Shown: in pieces, positions 1 through 8,817 of the stretch | How the letters are laid out: every line of letters begins with the position of its first letter | Numbering within the stretch: the first letter of the stretch is position 1 | Assembly (NCBI GenBank): GCA_963776225.1 | Contig: CAVZLL010000002.1 | Span: 151,585 to 215,584 of the forward strand | DNA length: 64,000 nt | Direction of reading: 5' to 3' | From: an uncultured Acidimicrobiaceae bacterium | GTDB taxonomy: Bacteria; Actinomycetota; Acidimicrobiia; Acidimicrobiales; RAAP-2 | The notes under the pieces: model-generated | Database searches by the model: none | Seen by the model: only the letters and a program-made list of their open reading frames with translations | Told to the model about the DNA's origin: nothing | Position numbers and translations under genes: made by a program

Positions 1-218
1 TCCCTCCGCCGCTCCCGCTGGCGGAGCCGGTCGATCGAGAGCCGGGTGACCACCGTGGTGAGCCAGGCGGGCGGCGAGTCGATCTCCTCGGGGCCGGACC
101 GGAGGAAGCGGGCGAAGCTCTCCTGGACGATGTCGTCGGCATCGCTGAGGCTCCCGGTCATCCGGTAGGCGAGGCCGCGCAGCCGGGGTCGCTCCTCCTC
201 GAAGACGGCGACGCTCAC
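1..218 (-). CDS. ECF sigma factor, ECF41/SigJ-like, N-terminal part (gene continues past window start)
   Basis: Own translation of the minus strand from GTG at 218 gives VSVAVFEEERPRLRGLAYRMTGSLSDADDIVQESFARFLRSGPEEIDSPPAWLTTVVTRLSIDRLRQRERRR, which is ECF sigma-70 region 2. The GTG overlaps the TGA of the upstream gene (GTGA). An ECF41-type promoter lies upstream of the operon. Confidence 0.75.
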   Translation of the reverse strand, partial: MSVAVFEEERPRLRGLAYRMTGSLSDADDIVQESFARFLRSGPEEIDSPPAWLTTVVTRLSIDRLRQRERRR

Positions 219-1448
219 CGGCACGAGGCCGCCGCCGCGAGCCCGGCGTCGTGCCCGCTCTTGAGCGCCGCGTCGGCGAGCAGGCCCTCCGGGCCGATCC
301 AGTCCCCGGCGAGGAACACCCCCGGAAGCCCAGACGCATCGATCCGGGGGCGGCCGGCGAGGCCCCCGTGCCGGGGTCCGGGCGTCCCCCCGCTCACGGT
401 CATCGAGGCGAGGAATCGGCTCGTGCACACGTCGTCCGGCCGGACGCCGGCGAGGCCGACCAGCGACTCGAGCTCCGGGCGGTCCTCAGCGGCCGCGCGG
501 GCGCCGTAGCGGATCGCGGCCACCACCGCTCCAGGTGCGGGTGCCTGGGCACCCGGGGGCGACTGCACGGTCGCGTACATCGGGCCGTCGGCGTCGAGGA
601 CGTAGCCGGGTGACGGGACCCTGCCCGTCACCAGATCGAGGCACGCCCCGGTCACCGGAGGGCCGGCCGACTCCCAACAGCGGCCTCTGAGGAGCACGGA
701 CGTCGCGGCCGGTGTCCCGGTGGCGAGCACCACCGTACGGGCCCGGATCGCGGTCGAAGCGGTCCCGAGCTCGTACCCCAGAGGCGTCGACTCGAGGGCG
801 GTGCCCGCGACGCCGGTGCGCACCTCGACCCGTTCCGCCAGTGCCGAGTAGATCGCCGACCAGCCGCCGTGGACGTAGAGCACCCCGCCACGCGCCGCGA
901 GCTGGAGCTGGCGGAGTGCGGCGTCGGCGGAGAGCGCGTCGGTGTCGGACGCGTAGGTGGACAGGCGCAGGAGTGCCCGCGCCGACGCGCGTCCACCTTC
1001 GGTGGGAGCTCCCGGCGGTCGAGCCAACCGCCGATGGAGAGGGTCGCGACGGTCGCCGGTCGGGTGGCGCCCATGTGGGCGAACAGGCGGGCGAATGTCG
1101 CCTTCTCGCGCGCGCCGAGCGCGGAGGTGCGGACCAACGACGACGGCCCGGTCGGGAGCAGATGGAGCGCCCCGCCGAGCCGCACCCGGTACTGCACGAG
1201 CGGCGGAGCCGTCCCGGGTGGGTCGATGCCGAGCGCGCGGAGGACGGCCCGGCCCGGCCCCTTGCGGTAGAGGGCGTGCGCGCCCCTGTTGAGGACCGCG
1301 TCCCCCGCCGCGCCACCCGTGCCCTCCCGCCGGCCTGGTGTGCCTCGATCACGAGCGTCGAGCACCCCTGGGCGGCCGCCGTCGCCCCGGCCGCCAGTCC
1401 GGCCAGTCCCGCTCCCACCACCGCGACGTCCACCATCTGATCAGTCAT
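215..1448 (-). pseudogene. NAD(P)/FAD-dependent oxidoreductase (amine-oxidase / phytoene-desaturase-like), frame broken twice (or two sequence errors)
   Basis: N-terminus MTDQMVDVAVVGAGLAGLAAG (GxGxxG) is in ORF 486..1448. The middle GDAVLNRGAHALYRKGPGRAVLRALGI is in ORF 652..1365. The C-terminus GVFLAGDWIGPEGLLADAALKSGHDAG is in ORF 215..1027. Frame switches fall near 1322 and 998, in C/G runs. Confidence 0.7.
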
Positions 1449-1457
1449 GCCACCTCT

Positions 1458-1484
1458 GACGTCCGGGGGGCCGCCGGTGTGACA
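1458..1484 (-). promoter_or_regulatory. ECF41-type promoter TGTCACA-N16-CGTC
   Basis: The minus strand reads TGTCACAccggcggccccccggaCGTC in the 66-nt gap between the lhr stop and the oxidoreductase ATG (1448). It matches the published ECF41 -35/-10 consensus with 16-nt spacing. The -10 ends about 10 nt from the ATG. Confidence 0.6.
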
Positions 1485-1514
1485 CGGTGGCCCGGCGCCA
1501 CGTGAGCGTCGCGC

Positions 1515-4500
1515 TCAGCCGGCCGGCACCGCCACCCCGCTCGCTGCGGGAAGGCCGTCCCGGTAGCTGACCTCGCGGTGGCGCACCGAGGGAACCCGCG
1601 GACCCTCGAGCACACCCCCGGTCAGATTGAGCGGATCGGCGCCGGCGATGGTGACCTCGGCGCCCCGCGACGGGTCCCGTCTGACCTCTGCGAGCAGCGC
1701 GGCCGCGTCCGGGGACGCGTACTGCTCCCCGGAGAGGCCGGCCACGAAGCGCCCCCCCAGCGCCTGGCCTCTGGCCTCCAGACGCCGCAGGGCCCGGATC
1801 ACGTCGCGCCAGGGGACCCGGTACGGCTCCCGCGCCCAGAGCTCCCAGCACACCACGCCCCACCGGGCCAGCAGCTGCCAGGCCACCGCCTCGGCCAGCT
1901 CCTCGGCCGGCGGCCCGGTGACTGGGGCGCCGGCCTGCACGTCCGGATCGGGCAGCAACGACCACCGCCCCTCGCCGACGCCCGTGCCGATCGCGGCGCG
2001 CCGGCGTCCGAGCCCGGCTCGGCGGGTGGCGGCCCGCCCGCGCCCCGGGACGCCACGGGTGCGCGAGGAGAGGAGGGAACGGACCGCCGAGAAGGCGTCG
2101 GCGGTGACCAGCCCGCGGGCCACCAGGTCCCAGAGGCCTTCGTCGGCATCGGTGCTCAGCCGGCCGGTCGCCGGCGCGAGCTCGGACCGGAAGCAGGCGC
2201 CCCGCTCGCGGAGGACGGCCAGCACCTCGGCCGCCGCCCCGTGGGTCGGCTCGGCGGGACCCTCTCCGGTCCGCACCGCCGCCAGCATCCAGGGCATGTC
2301 CTCGCGGGTCACGATGGCGAGCGGCGTGGCCGGCGAGGGAGTGGCCGACCCGCGCCGTGCCGCATGCTCCCCGCCTGATCCGTCCCCGGTTCCACCCTGT
2401 TCGGGGCGCGACTGGTCGGGGCGGGGCGTGAGCCGTCCCCAGGTCACCTCGCCGGAGAGGCAGAGCTCGTCGAGCCAGCGCGGGTCGTACCCGGCCACCC
2501 GCGACGGCAGCACCCGGCGCTCCCACTCGCCGGCGGCCACCTCGATGCCCTGCAACTGCTCGATGACCGAGAGCAGGCCTGCCCTTCCCTCGGCTTGGGT
2601 CCCCGCGGCGACGTGCTGCCAGCAGGCCACGAAGCGGACCAGCTCGCCGATGGTCGCCGCCTCCACCCGCCGGCGCCGGCGGCTGCGGCTCGCCGCGTGC
2701 AGGCGCACCAGCAGGTGGCGTGCGCACCAACGGCCGTCGGGCAGTGCGATGGCCGACCCCGATGCCTCGAGCCGGGCGAGTCCCGAGCGGGCCCTGCCCA
2801 CCGGGAGCGGCGCGCCACGGAGCGTTCCGGCCGGCAGCTCCCCCTCGGACACCAGCTCCTCGACCGAGACCGGGCCGGCGACCTCGAGGTGGCCTCTGAC
2901 GCACTCGGCGAGCGCCTCGTCGGAGTCGACCATCGGGTCGTCCAGGGAGGCCGCCAGCTCCTCGGCCCGGGCCCTGCGCTCGGTCGCGGCCCAGGAGGAC
3001 CCGACGACGAGGGCCCGGCCGTCCGCCGCGAGCTCCTCGAACCAGTGCCGCCAGGCGGCAACCGGCCGGGCGAGCACCAGCGAGAGCAGCAGGTCGTGGA
3101 GCTCGTCGGTGCCGCGCGGCCGGGGCTGCACCTGGTCGAGCACCTCCGCTGCGGCCGCACCGTCGAGGGGGCCGAGCTCGGAGGGGTCGACCGGGAGACC
3201 GTCCGGCAACCCGGAGGGGCCCAGCGCCGGGAGGCCACGGGGCACCGGAACGGCCCGGCTCCGACGCTCCTCGAGCGGCGCCCCGTCGAGATAGGTGTAG
3301 GGCTTGCCGGTGAGGATCCCGTGGGAGAGGGGGGACGGCTCGACCGACTCGACGCAGTGCACCGCCACCTTCCCCGACTCGAGGTCCTCGAGCAGCGCCA
3401 CCAGCCCGGTCGCATCGAGCGGCTCGGTGAGACAGTCGTGGATGGTCTGCCGCACCAGGACGTGGTCGGGCACCCCGACCGGTCCGGCGCCGGCGTTCTC
3501 CTGGCAGGCGGCCAGGGCCGGCCAGGCGGCGGCGAGCAGGTCGTCGGCCTCCATCCGCTGCAGGTGGATCGGTCGGCGCTTCCCGCCGCGGGACCGTGGC
3601 ACGACCAGCGCGCGGGTGAGGTTCCACCGCCATCGGGCGCCGAGCATCGGGTGGGGCAGGACCGCCTGGGTGAGCACCTCGGGCGCGGTCCGGCTCTGGA
3701 GCATGCGCGGAACGTCGGACAACGGGAAGCTGTGCTGGGGCCCGAGCGAGAGGACCACCGTGTCGTCGTCGGCGGCGGCCTGGAGCTCGAAGTCGAACGA
3801 GACGCAGAAGCGCTTGCGGAGGGCCAGGCCGAGCGCCCGGTTGACCCGGCCCCCGTACGGGGCGTGCACGATGAGCTGGGACCCCTCGACCTCGTCGAAG
3901 ACCCGCTCGATGACCAGTCGGTCCCGGGTGGGCAGCGCGCCGAGGGCGGCCAGCCCCGCGCCGAGATAGGCCGCCACCTGCGCGGCGACCTCCTCGGACA
4001 CCCCGGCCCGCGCCCTGACGAGGGTCCGGGCACCCTCGCCGTCGCCTGCGGCCAGCAGCGGCTCGAGCGCGGCCCGGAGCGCGCTCACCTCATCGGAGAG
4101 CTCCGCCGTGCGCGCCGGCGCCTCACCCAGCCAGAAGGGGATGCTCGGGGGGAGGTCCCCGGCATCGGAGACCCGGACCACCCCGGTCTCGACCTTGGCC
4201 ACCCGCCAGGAGTGGGTCCCGAGCAGGAAGATGTCACCCGCGGTGGCCTCGACCGCGAAGTCCTCGTGGACCGAGCCCACGGTTGTCCCCTCCGGGTCGA
4301 GGACGACGCGGTAGTCCCCGGTCTCCGGTATGGCGCCACCGCTGGTCAGTGCTGCCAACCGGGCGCCGCGCCGGGCGCGGAGCCGTCCGTTGACCGCGTC
4401 GTGGTGGAGATGGGCGCCGCGCCGTCCGCGCCCGGTCGTGATGCCCCACGAGACGAGGTCGACCACGTCGTCGAACACCTCCCGGGTCAGCGCGCCGTAC

Positions 4501-5987
4501 GGGGCCGCCGCGCGCACCAGGTCGAAGAGCGTGTCGACCTCGCACTCCTCGGCTGCGGCGACCTCTGCCACCAGCTGCTGGGCGAGGATGTCGACCGGCG
4601 TGGACGGCGGGTGGAGCTCGTCGAGGTTCCCGGCACGCACCCCGGCCAGGAGCGCGGTGCACTCGACCAGCTCGTCGCGGGTGAGCGGGTAGAGACGGCC
4701 GGCAGGTGTCCCCTCCAGACGGTGGTTGGCCCGACCCACCCGCTGCAGGAAGGTGGCGATCGCCCGCGGCGACCCGATCTGGCAGACCAGCTCCACCGGA
4801 CCGACGTCGATCCCGAGCTCGAGCGAGGCGGTGGCCACCAGGGCACGCAGGTCGCCGGCACGGAGGCGCTGCTCGACGATCCGGCGGCGGGCCGCCGACA
4901 GGCTGCCGTGGTGGGCGGCCACCTGCAGGGCCGCGTCGACCGGGTCGCCCTCACCACCCGGCCGGGTCCGCGCCACCTCCGGGAGCCCCTCGGCGCCGGG
5001 ACTCTCGTCCGGGCCGTCCTCGTCCGGCGCACCCAGTCGCAGGGCGAGCTGATGGGCGACCCGCTCCGCCATCTTGCGGGTGTTCACGAAGACGAGGGTG
5101 GTCCGGTGGTCCAGGACGTGGTCGGCGATCCGGTCGAGGACGTCCCCGAGCTGGGCCCCGCTGGCCACCGACTCGAGCTCGCTGTCGGGGAGCTCGATCG
5201 AGACGTCGAGGTCGCGTGCGTGACCGCAGTCGACGACGGTCGTCGGGCGAGCGGTGGGGTCGGCGCCCGAGAGGAGCCGGGCTACAACCGACAGGGGACG
5301 CTGGGTGGCCGAGAGCCCGATCCGCTGCACCTTGCCCCCGTGGGCGGCGACCAGGTGGGTCAACCGCTCGAGGGTGAGGGCCAGATGCGACCCGCGCTTG
5401 TCCCGGGCCAGGGTGTGGACCTCGTCGACGATGACCGTGTGGACGCCGGTCAGGATCGCCCGCGACGAGGCCGCGGTCAGCAGGAGATAGAGCGATTCCG
5501 GGGTGGTCACCAGCAGGTCGGGCGGGGATCGGCGCATCGCGGTCCGCTCGGCGGCCGGGGTGTCCCCGGTGCGGACGGCCACCGACAGCTCCGGTGCGGA
5601 GAGCCCGAGCCGGTCCGCCTCGGCGGAGATCCCGGCGAGAGGGATCTCCAGGTTCTCGCGCACGTCGACGGCGAGGGCCCGCAGCGGCGAGACGTAGACG
5701 ACGCCGGGCCCGGCGGCCGGTGGTTCCGGCTCGTCCGTCGCCGCCAGGGTGTCCGGGATCGTCGCCGGGCAGGCGAGCGCCGCGGCGTGGGCGCGGTAGG
5801 CGGCGTCGATTGCCACGAGGAACCCGGTCAGGGTCTTGCCGGTGCCGGTCGGCGATGCCACCAGCACGTCGCCCCCCTCCTGGATGCGCGGCCAGGCCGC
5901 GCGCTGGGGCTGGGTCGGCCCGGCGGGGAAGCGGCGGTCGAACCAGCTGGCCACCGCCGGATGGAACGTGCGGAGAATCGGGTCCAC
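1515..5987 (-). CDS. lhr: Lhr-type large ATP-dependent DEAH-box helicase
   Basis: Uninterrupted 1490-aa ORF. Walker A is ASPTGTGKT, the DEVH box is present, and length and N-terminus (FHPAVASWF...PTQPQRAAWP) are typical of Lhr. Confidence 0.95.
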   Translation of the reverse strand: MDPILRTFHPAVASWFDRRFPAGPTQPQRAAWPRIQEGGDVLVASPTGTGKTLTGFLVAIDAAYRAHAAALACPATIPDTLAATDEPEPPAAGPGVVYVSPLRALAVDVRENLEIPLAGISAEADRLGLSAPELSVAVRTGDTPAAERTAMRRSPPDLLVTTPESLYLLLTAASSRAILTGVHTVIVDEVHTLARDKRGSHLALTLERLTHLVAAHGGKVQRIGLSATQRPLSVVARLLSGADPTARPTTVVDCGHARDLDVSIELPDSELESVASGAQLGDVLDRIADHVLDHRTTLVFVNTRKMAERVAHQLALRLGAPDEDGPDESPGAEGLPEVARTRPGGEGDPVDAALQVAAHHGSLSAARRRIVEQRLRAGDLRALVATASLELGIDVGPVELVCQIGSPRAIATFLQRVGRANHRLEGTPAGRLYPLTRDELVECTALLAGVRAGNLDELHPPSTPVDILAQQLVAEVAAAEECEVDTLFDLVRAAAPYGALTREVFDDVVDLVSWGITTGRGRRGAHLHHDAVNGRLRARRGARLAALTSGGAIPETGDYRVVLDPEGTTVGSVHEDFAVEATAGDIFLLGTHSWRVAKVETGVVRVSDAGDLPPSIPFWLGEAPARTAELSDEVSALRAALEPLLAAGDGEGARTLVRARAGVSEEVAAQVAAYLGAGLAALGALPTRDRLVIERVFDEVEGSQLIVHAPYGGRVNRALGLALRKRFCVSFDFELQAAADDDTVVLSLGPQHSFPLSDVPRMLQSRTAPEVLTQAVLPHPMLGARWRWNLTRALVVPRSRGGKRRPIHLQRMEADDLLAAAWPALAACQENAGAGPVGVPDHVLVRQTIHDCLTEPLDATGLVALLEDLESGKVAVHCVESVEPSPLSHGILTGKPYTYLDGAPLEERRSRAVPVPRGLPALGPSGLPDGLPVDPSELGPLDGAAAAEVLDQVQPRPRGTDELHDLLLSLVLARPVAAWRHWFEELAADGRALVVGSSWAATERRARAEELAASLDDPMVDSDEALAECVRGHLEVAGPVSVEELVSEGELPAGTLRGAPLPVGRARSGLARLEASGSAIALPDGRWCARHLLVRLHAASRSRRRRRVEAATIGELVRFVACWQHVAAGTQAEGRAGLLSVIEQLQGIEVAAGEWERRVLPSRVAGYDPRWLDELCLSGEVTWGRLTPRPDQSRPEQGGTGDGSGGEHAARRGSATPSPATPLAIVTREDMPWMLAAVRTGEGPAEPTHGAAAEVLAVLRERGACFRSELAPATGRLSTDADEGLWDLVARGLVTADAFSAVRSLLSSRTRGVPGRGRAATRRAGLGRRRAAIGTGVGEGRWSLLPDPDVQAGAPVTGPPAEELAEAVAWQLLARWGVVCWELWAREPYRVPWRDVIRALRRLEARGQALGGRFVAGLSGEQYASPDAAALLAEVRRDPSRGAEVTIAGADPLNLTGGVLEGPRVPSVRHREVSYRDGLPAASGVAVPAG

Positions 5988-6166
5988 GGGTGCAGTCCAC
6001 CCTAGAGGTGTGACCGGGCCTCCCGCTCGAACGTGCGGGTCGACACACCCATGATCGGAGGGAAGTTACCCCCCGGTAAGCTGCAAGGCCGTCGAGGCCC
6101 GTTGAGCTGAAGGTTCCGCCGCCGGATGTTCCGGGCCTCGGCAACTGGCCCAGCTAGTCTCGCCAA

Positions 6167-6778
6167 ATGGCGGTCGGTGTTGAGGGTCAGACCCTGGTGG
6201 ACTGGGGCTGCATAGTGTTGGCTCTGGCCGTTGTAGGGCTGATCGTTGCGGTCGTCATCGTCGCCGACCGGGCACCTGTGCTCCCCGTGGCGGAATCAGA
6301 TGGCTCCGAGGATGACCCACCCAAGAAGAGGGCCAAGTGGCATGAGAGGGACTATCCACCGCCCTGGATCGTCAGAGTTGGAACGATCCCAACAGTCATC
6401 GTGGGTATCCTGCTCTTTCGCATTGCAGCTGGCTGCGGTGGCACCGGGCAAGGGGCTTGCCCGGGATATGCCCTGGCCAACCCATGGATTCTTCGTGGCG
6501 AAAGGGGAGCCGCTGCGCTCCTTGGGATGATGTTCCTCTTGCTCGTCGTCTGTCGGTTAGGTATTCAGGGACGACTGCCCGACCGGATAAGTAAGGATGG
6601 ACCCGAGTGGGACTCCACGGCCGTCAGTGCCTCCCAGCAGGGAATAGACACTCTTGACGGGATTGTCAAGGACAACGCGAGAGCCGTCAAGCGGTTGAGC
6701 GCATCCACGAGGAAATCGTTTGAGCTTGTGTCAGCCGATATCGACAAGCTGAAAAATGCGGCAGGACAGGTAGGATAG
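6167..6778 (+). CDS. hypothetical membrane protein (3-4 TM segments plus C-terminal coiled-coil-like tail)
   Basis: 203-aa ORF in a lower-GC patch with normal amino-acid composition. Hydrophobic stretches are IVLALAVVGLIVAVVIV, IPTVIVGILLFRIAA and ALLGMMFLLLVV. I recognise no family. Confidence 0.5.
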   Translation: MAVGVEGQTLVDWGCIVLALAVVGLIVAVVIVADRAPVLPVAESDGSEDDPPKKRAKWHERDYPPPWIVRVGTIPTVIVGILLFRIAAGCGGTGQGACPGYALANPWILRGERGAAALLGMMFLLLVVCRLGIQGRLPDRISKDGPEWDSTAVSASQQGIDTLDGIVKDNARAVKRLSASTRKSFELVSADIDKLKNAAGQVG

Positions 6779-6784
6779 GAAACG

Positions 6785-6940
6785 ATGACGAACGAACTGA
6801 CCAGGCAACTCGAGGAAATGGACGACATTGCCAATTCCGTTTCGCCGGACAATCCGGCAGTTCAGCGTCAGTATGAACGCGTTCAAGAGGCAGTCGACAC
6901 GCTCGGGAGAATTGCCCAGCATCGGGCAGCATCCGCCTGA
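6785..6940 (+). CDS. small hypothetical protein (51 aa)
   Basis: Own translation gives MTNELTRQLEEMDDIANSVSPDNPAVQRQYERVQEAVDTLGRIAQHRAASA. The ATG is 6 nt after an AGGA and 7 nt after the previous stop. The ORF is too short for the track. Confidence 0.25.
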   Translation: MTNELTRQLEEMDDIANSVSPDNPAVQRQYERVQEAVDTLGRIAQHRAASA

Positions 6941-6949
6941 TCTTGCATC

Positions 6950-7332
6950 ATCCTGCCGTCAATGGCTTGTAGCTCAGCCGCCGTCCCGCAGCCCTGATCC
7001 CCAATGGCCTGCAACCGCACTGGATCGGACCGCTTGCAGGTGGAGCGCTGAAAGGCGAACTCGTTGACGTAGCGGTGCAAGTGCTCGGGGCTGAGGTGGT
7101 GGTGGGTTCCGTCAATTGACCGTGAGCTGAGAGAAGAATCCTCGGCCTGGTTGGTGCTGACGTTGCCCCGCACATACTCGCCGTCACGGTGGTTGACGGT
7201 CGCGTGGGCCTGGAATCGCTTGCCGGATTCCATGTAGGACTTCGACTCATCCGTGTGAAGGACGCTGTTTGCAACGTCGACATTCTTGCTGAGGAACTTG
7301 CCGACGTTGCCCCTGGTGGCCGAGTTCACCAC
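6950..7332 (-). mobile_element. IS1595-family (ISXO2-like) DDE transposase remnant, C-terminal part only
   Basis: ORF 6883..7332 contains SVLHTDESKSYMESGKRFQAHATVNHRDGEYVRGNVSTNQAEDSS..SIDGTHHHLSPEHLHRYVNEFAFQ. This matches the conserved ...YTDEW.GY...H..VNH..GEYV.G.VHTN.IEGFWS..KR.I.GTYHH.S.KHL.RY..EFAFR block. The N-terminal two thirds of the protein are missing and the IEGFW motif is degraded. Confidence 0.6.
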
Positions 7333-7401
7333 TTCGGTCCGGATCTCACCGGGACGAGAAAGTGAAACTCGACCTGGAGCCGGACGAGGCGATCAAACTC
7401 G

Positions 7402-7704
7402 TCATGGAGAGCGGGGGACACTCCGAAGATGGTGCCGAGCCCAAACCCCCCGACACCCAGCCCGAATCTCGCTGACAAAGAAGGGCAGGCAGAGCAGCGC
7501 TCTTGGGAGGATGCAAACCGAGACGAACCAAACGGGCTCACCGTTGAGGTGGGCGTAATGGACGATCGTCCAAGCCGTACCAGCTGAGACTGGCACAAGA
7601 ACCCACTTGAGGGCGATGGGTCCGATCCACGCCAACACGCTCGCGTTCGCGATCCAGCCCCATGCTCGCTTCAGGCCGCTTGGCTTTTCTGCCTCCATGC
7701 CCAA
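7402..7704 (-). CDS. hypothetical small membrane protein
   Basis: 100-aa ORF in the lower-GC patch with a hydrophobic core (WIANASVLAWIGPIALKWVLVPVSAGTAWTIV...VWFVSVCILP). No family recognised. Confidence 0.3.
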   Translation of the reverse strand: MGMEAEKPSGLKRAWGWIANASVLAWIGPIALKWVLVPVSAGTAWTIVHYAHLNGEPVWFVSVCILPRALLCLPFFVSEIRAGCRGVWARHHLRSVPRSP

Positions 7705-7825
7705 ATCATCTGCCTGTGGCTAGCGACGTTCAAGCCCGCGATCAATGGGTTTGTCAACCCGCCCATCACCCTCGGACCCCGGCACGAAGACCGCCAGCCC
7801 CACGAAGACACGGCTGTGACCAGGG

Positions 7826-7859
7826 AGAACAGAAATCAGAAACCAATTTCGAGAAATTG
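7826..7859 (-). terminator. possible intrinsic terminator of the SDR gene
   Basis: The minus strand reads CAATTTC-tc-GAAATTG followed by GTTTCTGATTTCTGTT. The stem is short and AT-rich, so the call is weak. Confidence 0.3.
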
Positions 7860-7899
7860 CTCAAGTTCGGCATCCGGGGTGCCGATGTGGTGGGAGGGC

Positions 7900-8721
7900 C
7901 TATCGCGGGCGCAATCCCGGATGGCTCCTCGCCACGATCGGGACGATGACGCTGCGGGGGGAGATCCCGGCGACCACCGCGGTGATCCGGTTGGCGGCGC
8001 CGGGGATGACCACGGCACGGTTGGCGTCCATCCCCCGGACGGCGGCGGCGGCCACCTCGCCGGCCGGGACCCACATCACCCTGGGCAACGCCGACACGGC
8101 TTCTTCCTCGTCGAATCCGGCGGTGGCCGCGAACCGGGTCTCCACCGGGCCGGGGCACAGCGCGGTCACCGTGACACCGTGCGGCCGGAGCTCCTCGCGG
8201 ATCGCGTAGCTGTACGAGAGCACGAACGCCTTCGAAGCGCCGTAGGCCGCCTGCCCGGGGATCGGTTGGAAGGCCGCGGTCGACGCGACGTTGAGCACCA
8301 CGCCGCTCCGACGTTCGACCATCCCGGGCGTGAAGAGGGCGCAGAGATGGACCACCGCCTCCACGTCGGTCCGGACCATCGCCACCTCACGGGTGGGATC
8401 GGACCGGTGGACCGGACCCACCGTCGAGAAGCCGGCGTTGTTGACCAGCACGTTGACCGCGAGGTCGCGCTCGGCGATCCGGGCGGGCAGCGACGCGCGC
8501 TCGGCTTCGTCGGTCAGGTCGCACACGATCCACTCGGCGCGCACCCCGTGCGCTGCGGCCAGTCGCTCGGCGAGCTCGCGCAGGCGGGACTCGGTCCGGG
8601 CCACCAGGGTCACCCCGAGACCGCGCGAGGCGAGCTGGCCGGCGATCTCCTCGCCGATCCCCGACGACGCCCCGGTCACCAGGCAGGTCCGGTCGGGGCG
8701 GGGGCTCGGGATGCTGCTCAT
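7900..8721 (-). CDS. SDR-family oxidoreductase
   Basis: TGASSGIG cofactor motif, NNAG, and the catalytic YGASK (YxxxK). Confidence 0.9.
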   Translation of the reverse strand: MSSIPSPRPDRTCLVTGASSGIGEEIAGQLASRGLGVTLVARTESRLRELAERLAAAHGVRAEWIVCDLTDEAERASLPARIAERDLAVNVLVNNAGFSTVGPVHRSDPTREVAMVRTDVEAVVHLCALFTPGMVERRSGVVLNVASTAAFQPIPGQAAYGASKAFVLSYSYAIREELRPHGVTVTALCPGPVETRFAATAGFDEEEAVSALPRVMWVPAGEVAAAAVRGMDANRAVVIPGAANRITAVVAGISPRSVIVPIVARSHPGLRPR

Positions 8722-8817
8722 CGACCGGAAGGGTTGGACATGGGACGGAGCGTAGGCGGGTGGCCGGGGCGGTGCCCGGGCGCACCGCCCCGGCGGACCG
8801 GGGCGGGCGGGCCGGGT

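Noticed and set aside
2595-6005. 1136-aa plus-strand ORF, and the 730-, 555- and 529-aa ORFs overlapping lhr
   Set aside because: They are antisense or out of frame relative to a clearly genuine 1490-aa Lhr gene. Extreme Arg/Gly/Pro/Ala composition is typical of shadow ORFs in about 70% GC DNA.
6027-6043. SOS-box-like TCGAACgtgcGGGTCGA upstream of lhr
   Set aside because: The right half-site is GGTC rather than GTTC, and the best alignment needs 5-nt spacing. It is too degenerate to call without a genome-wide matrix scan.
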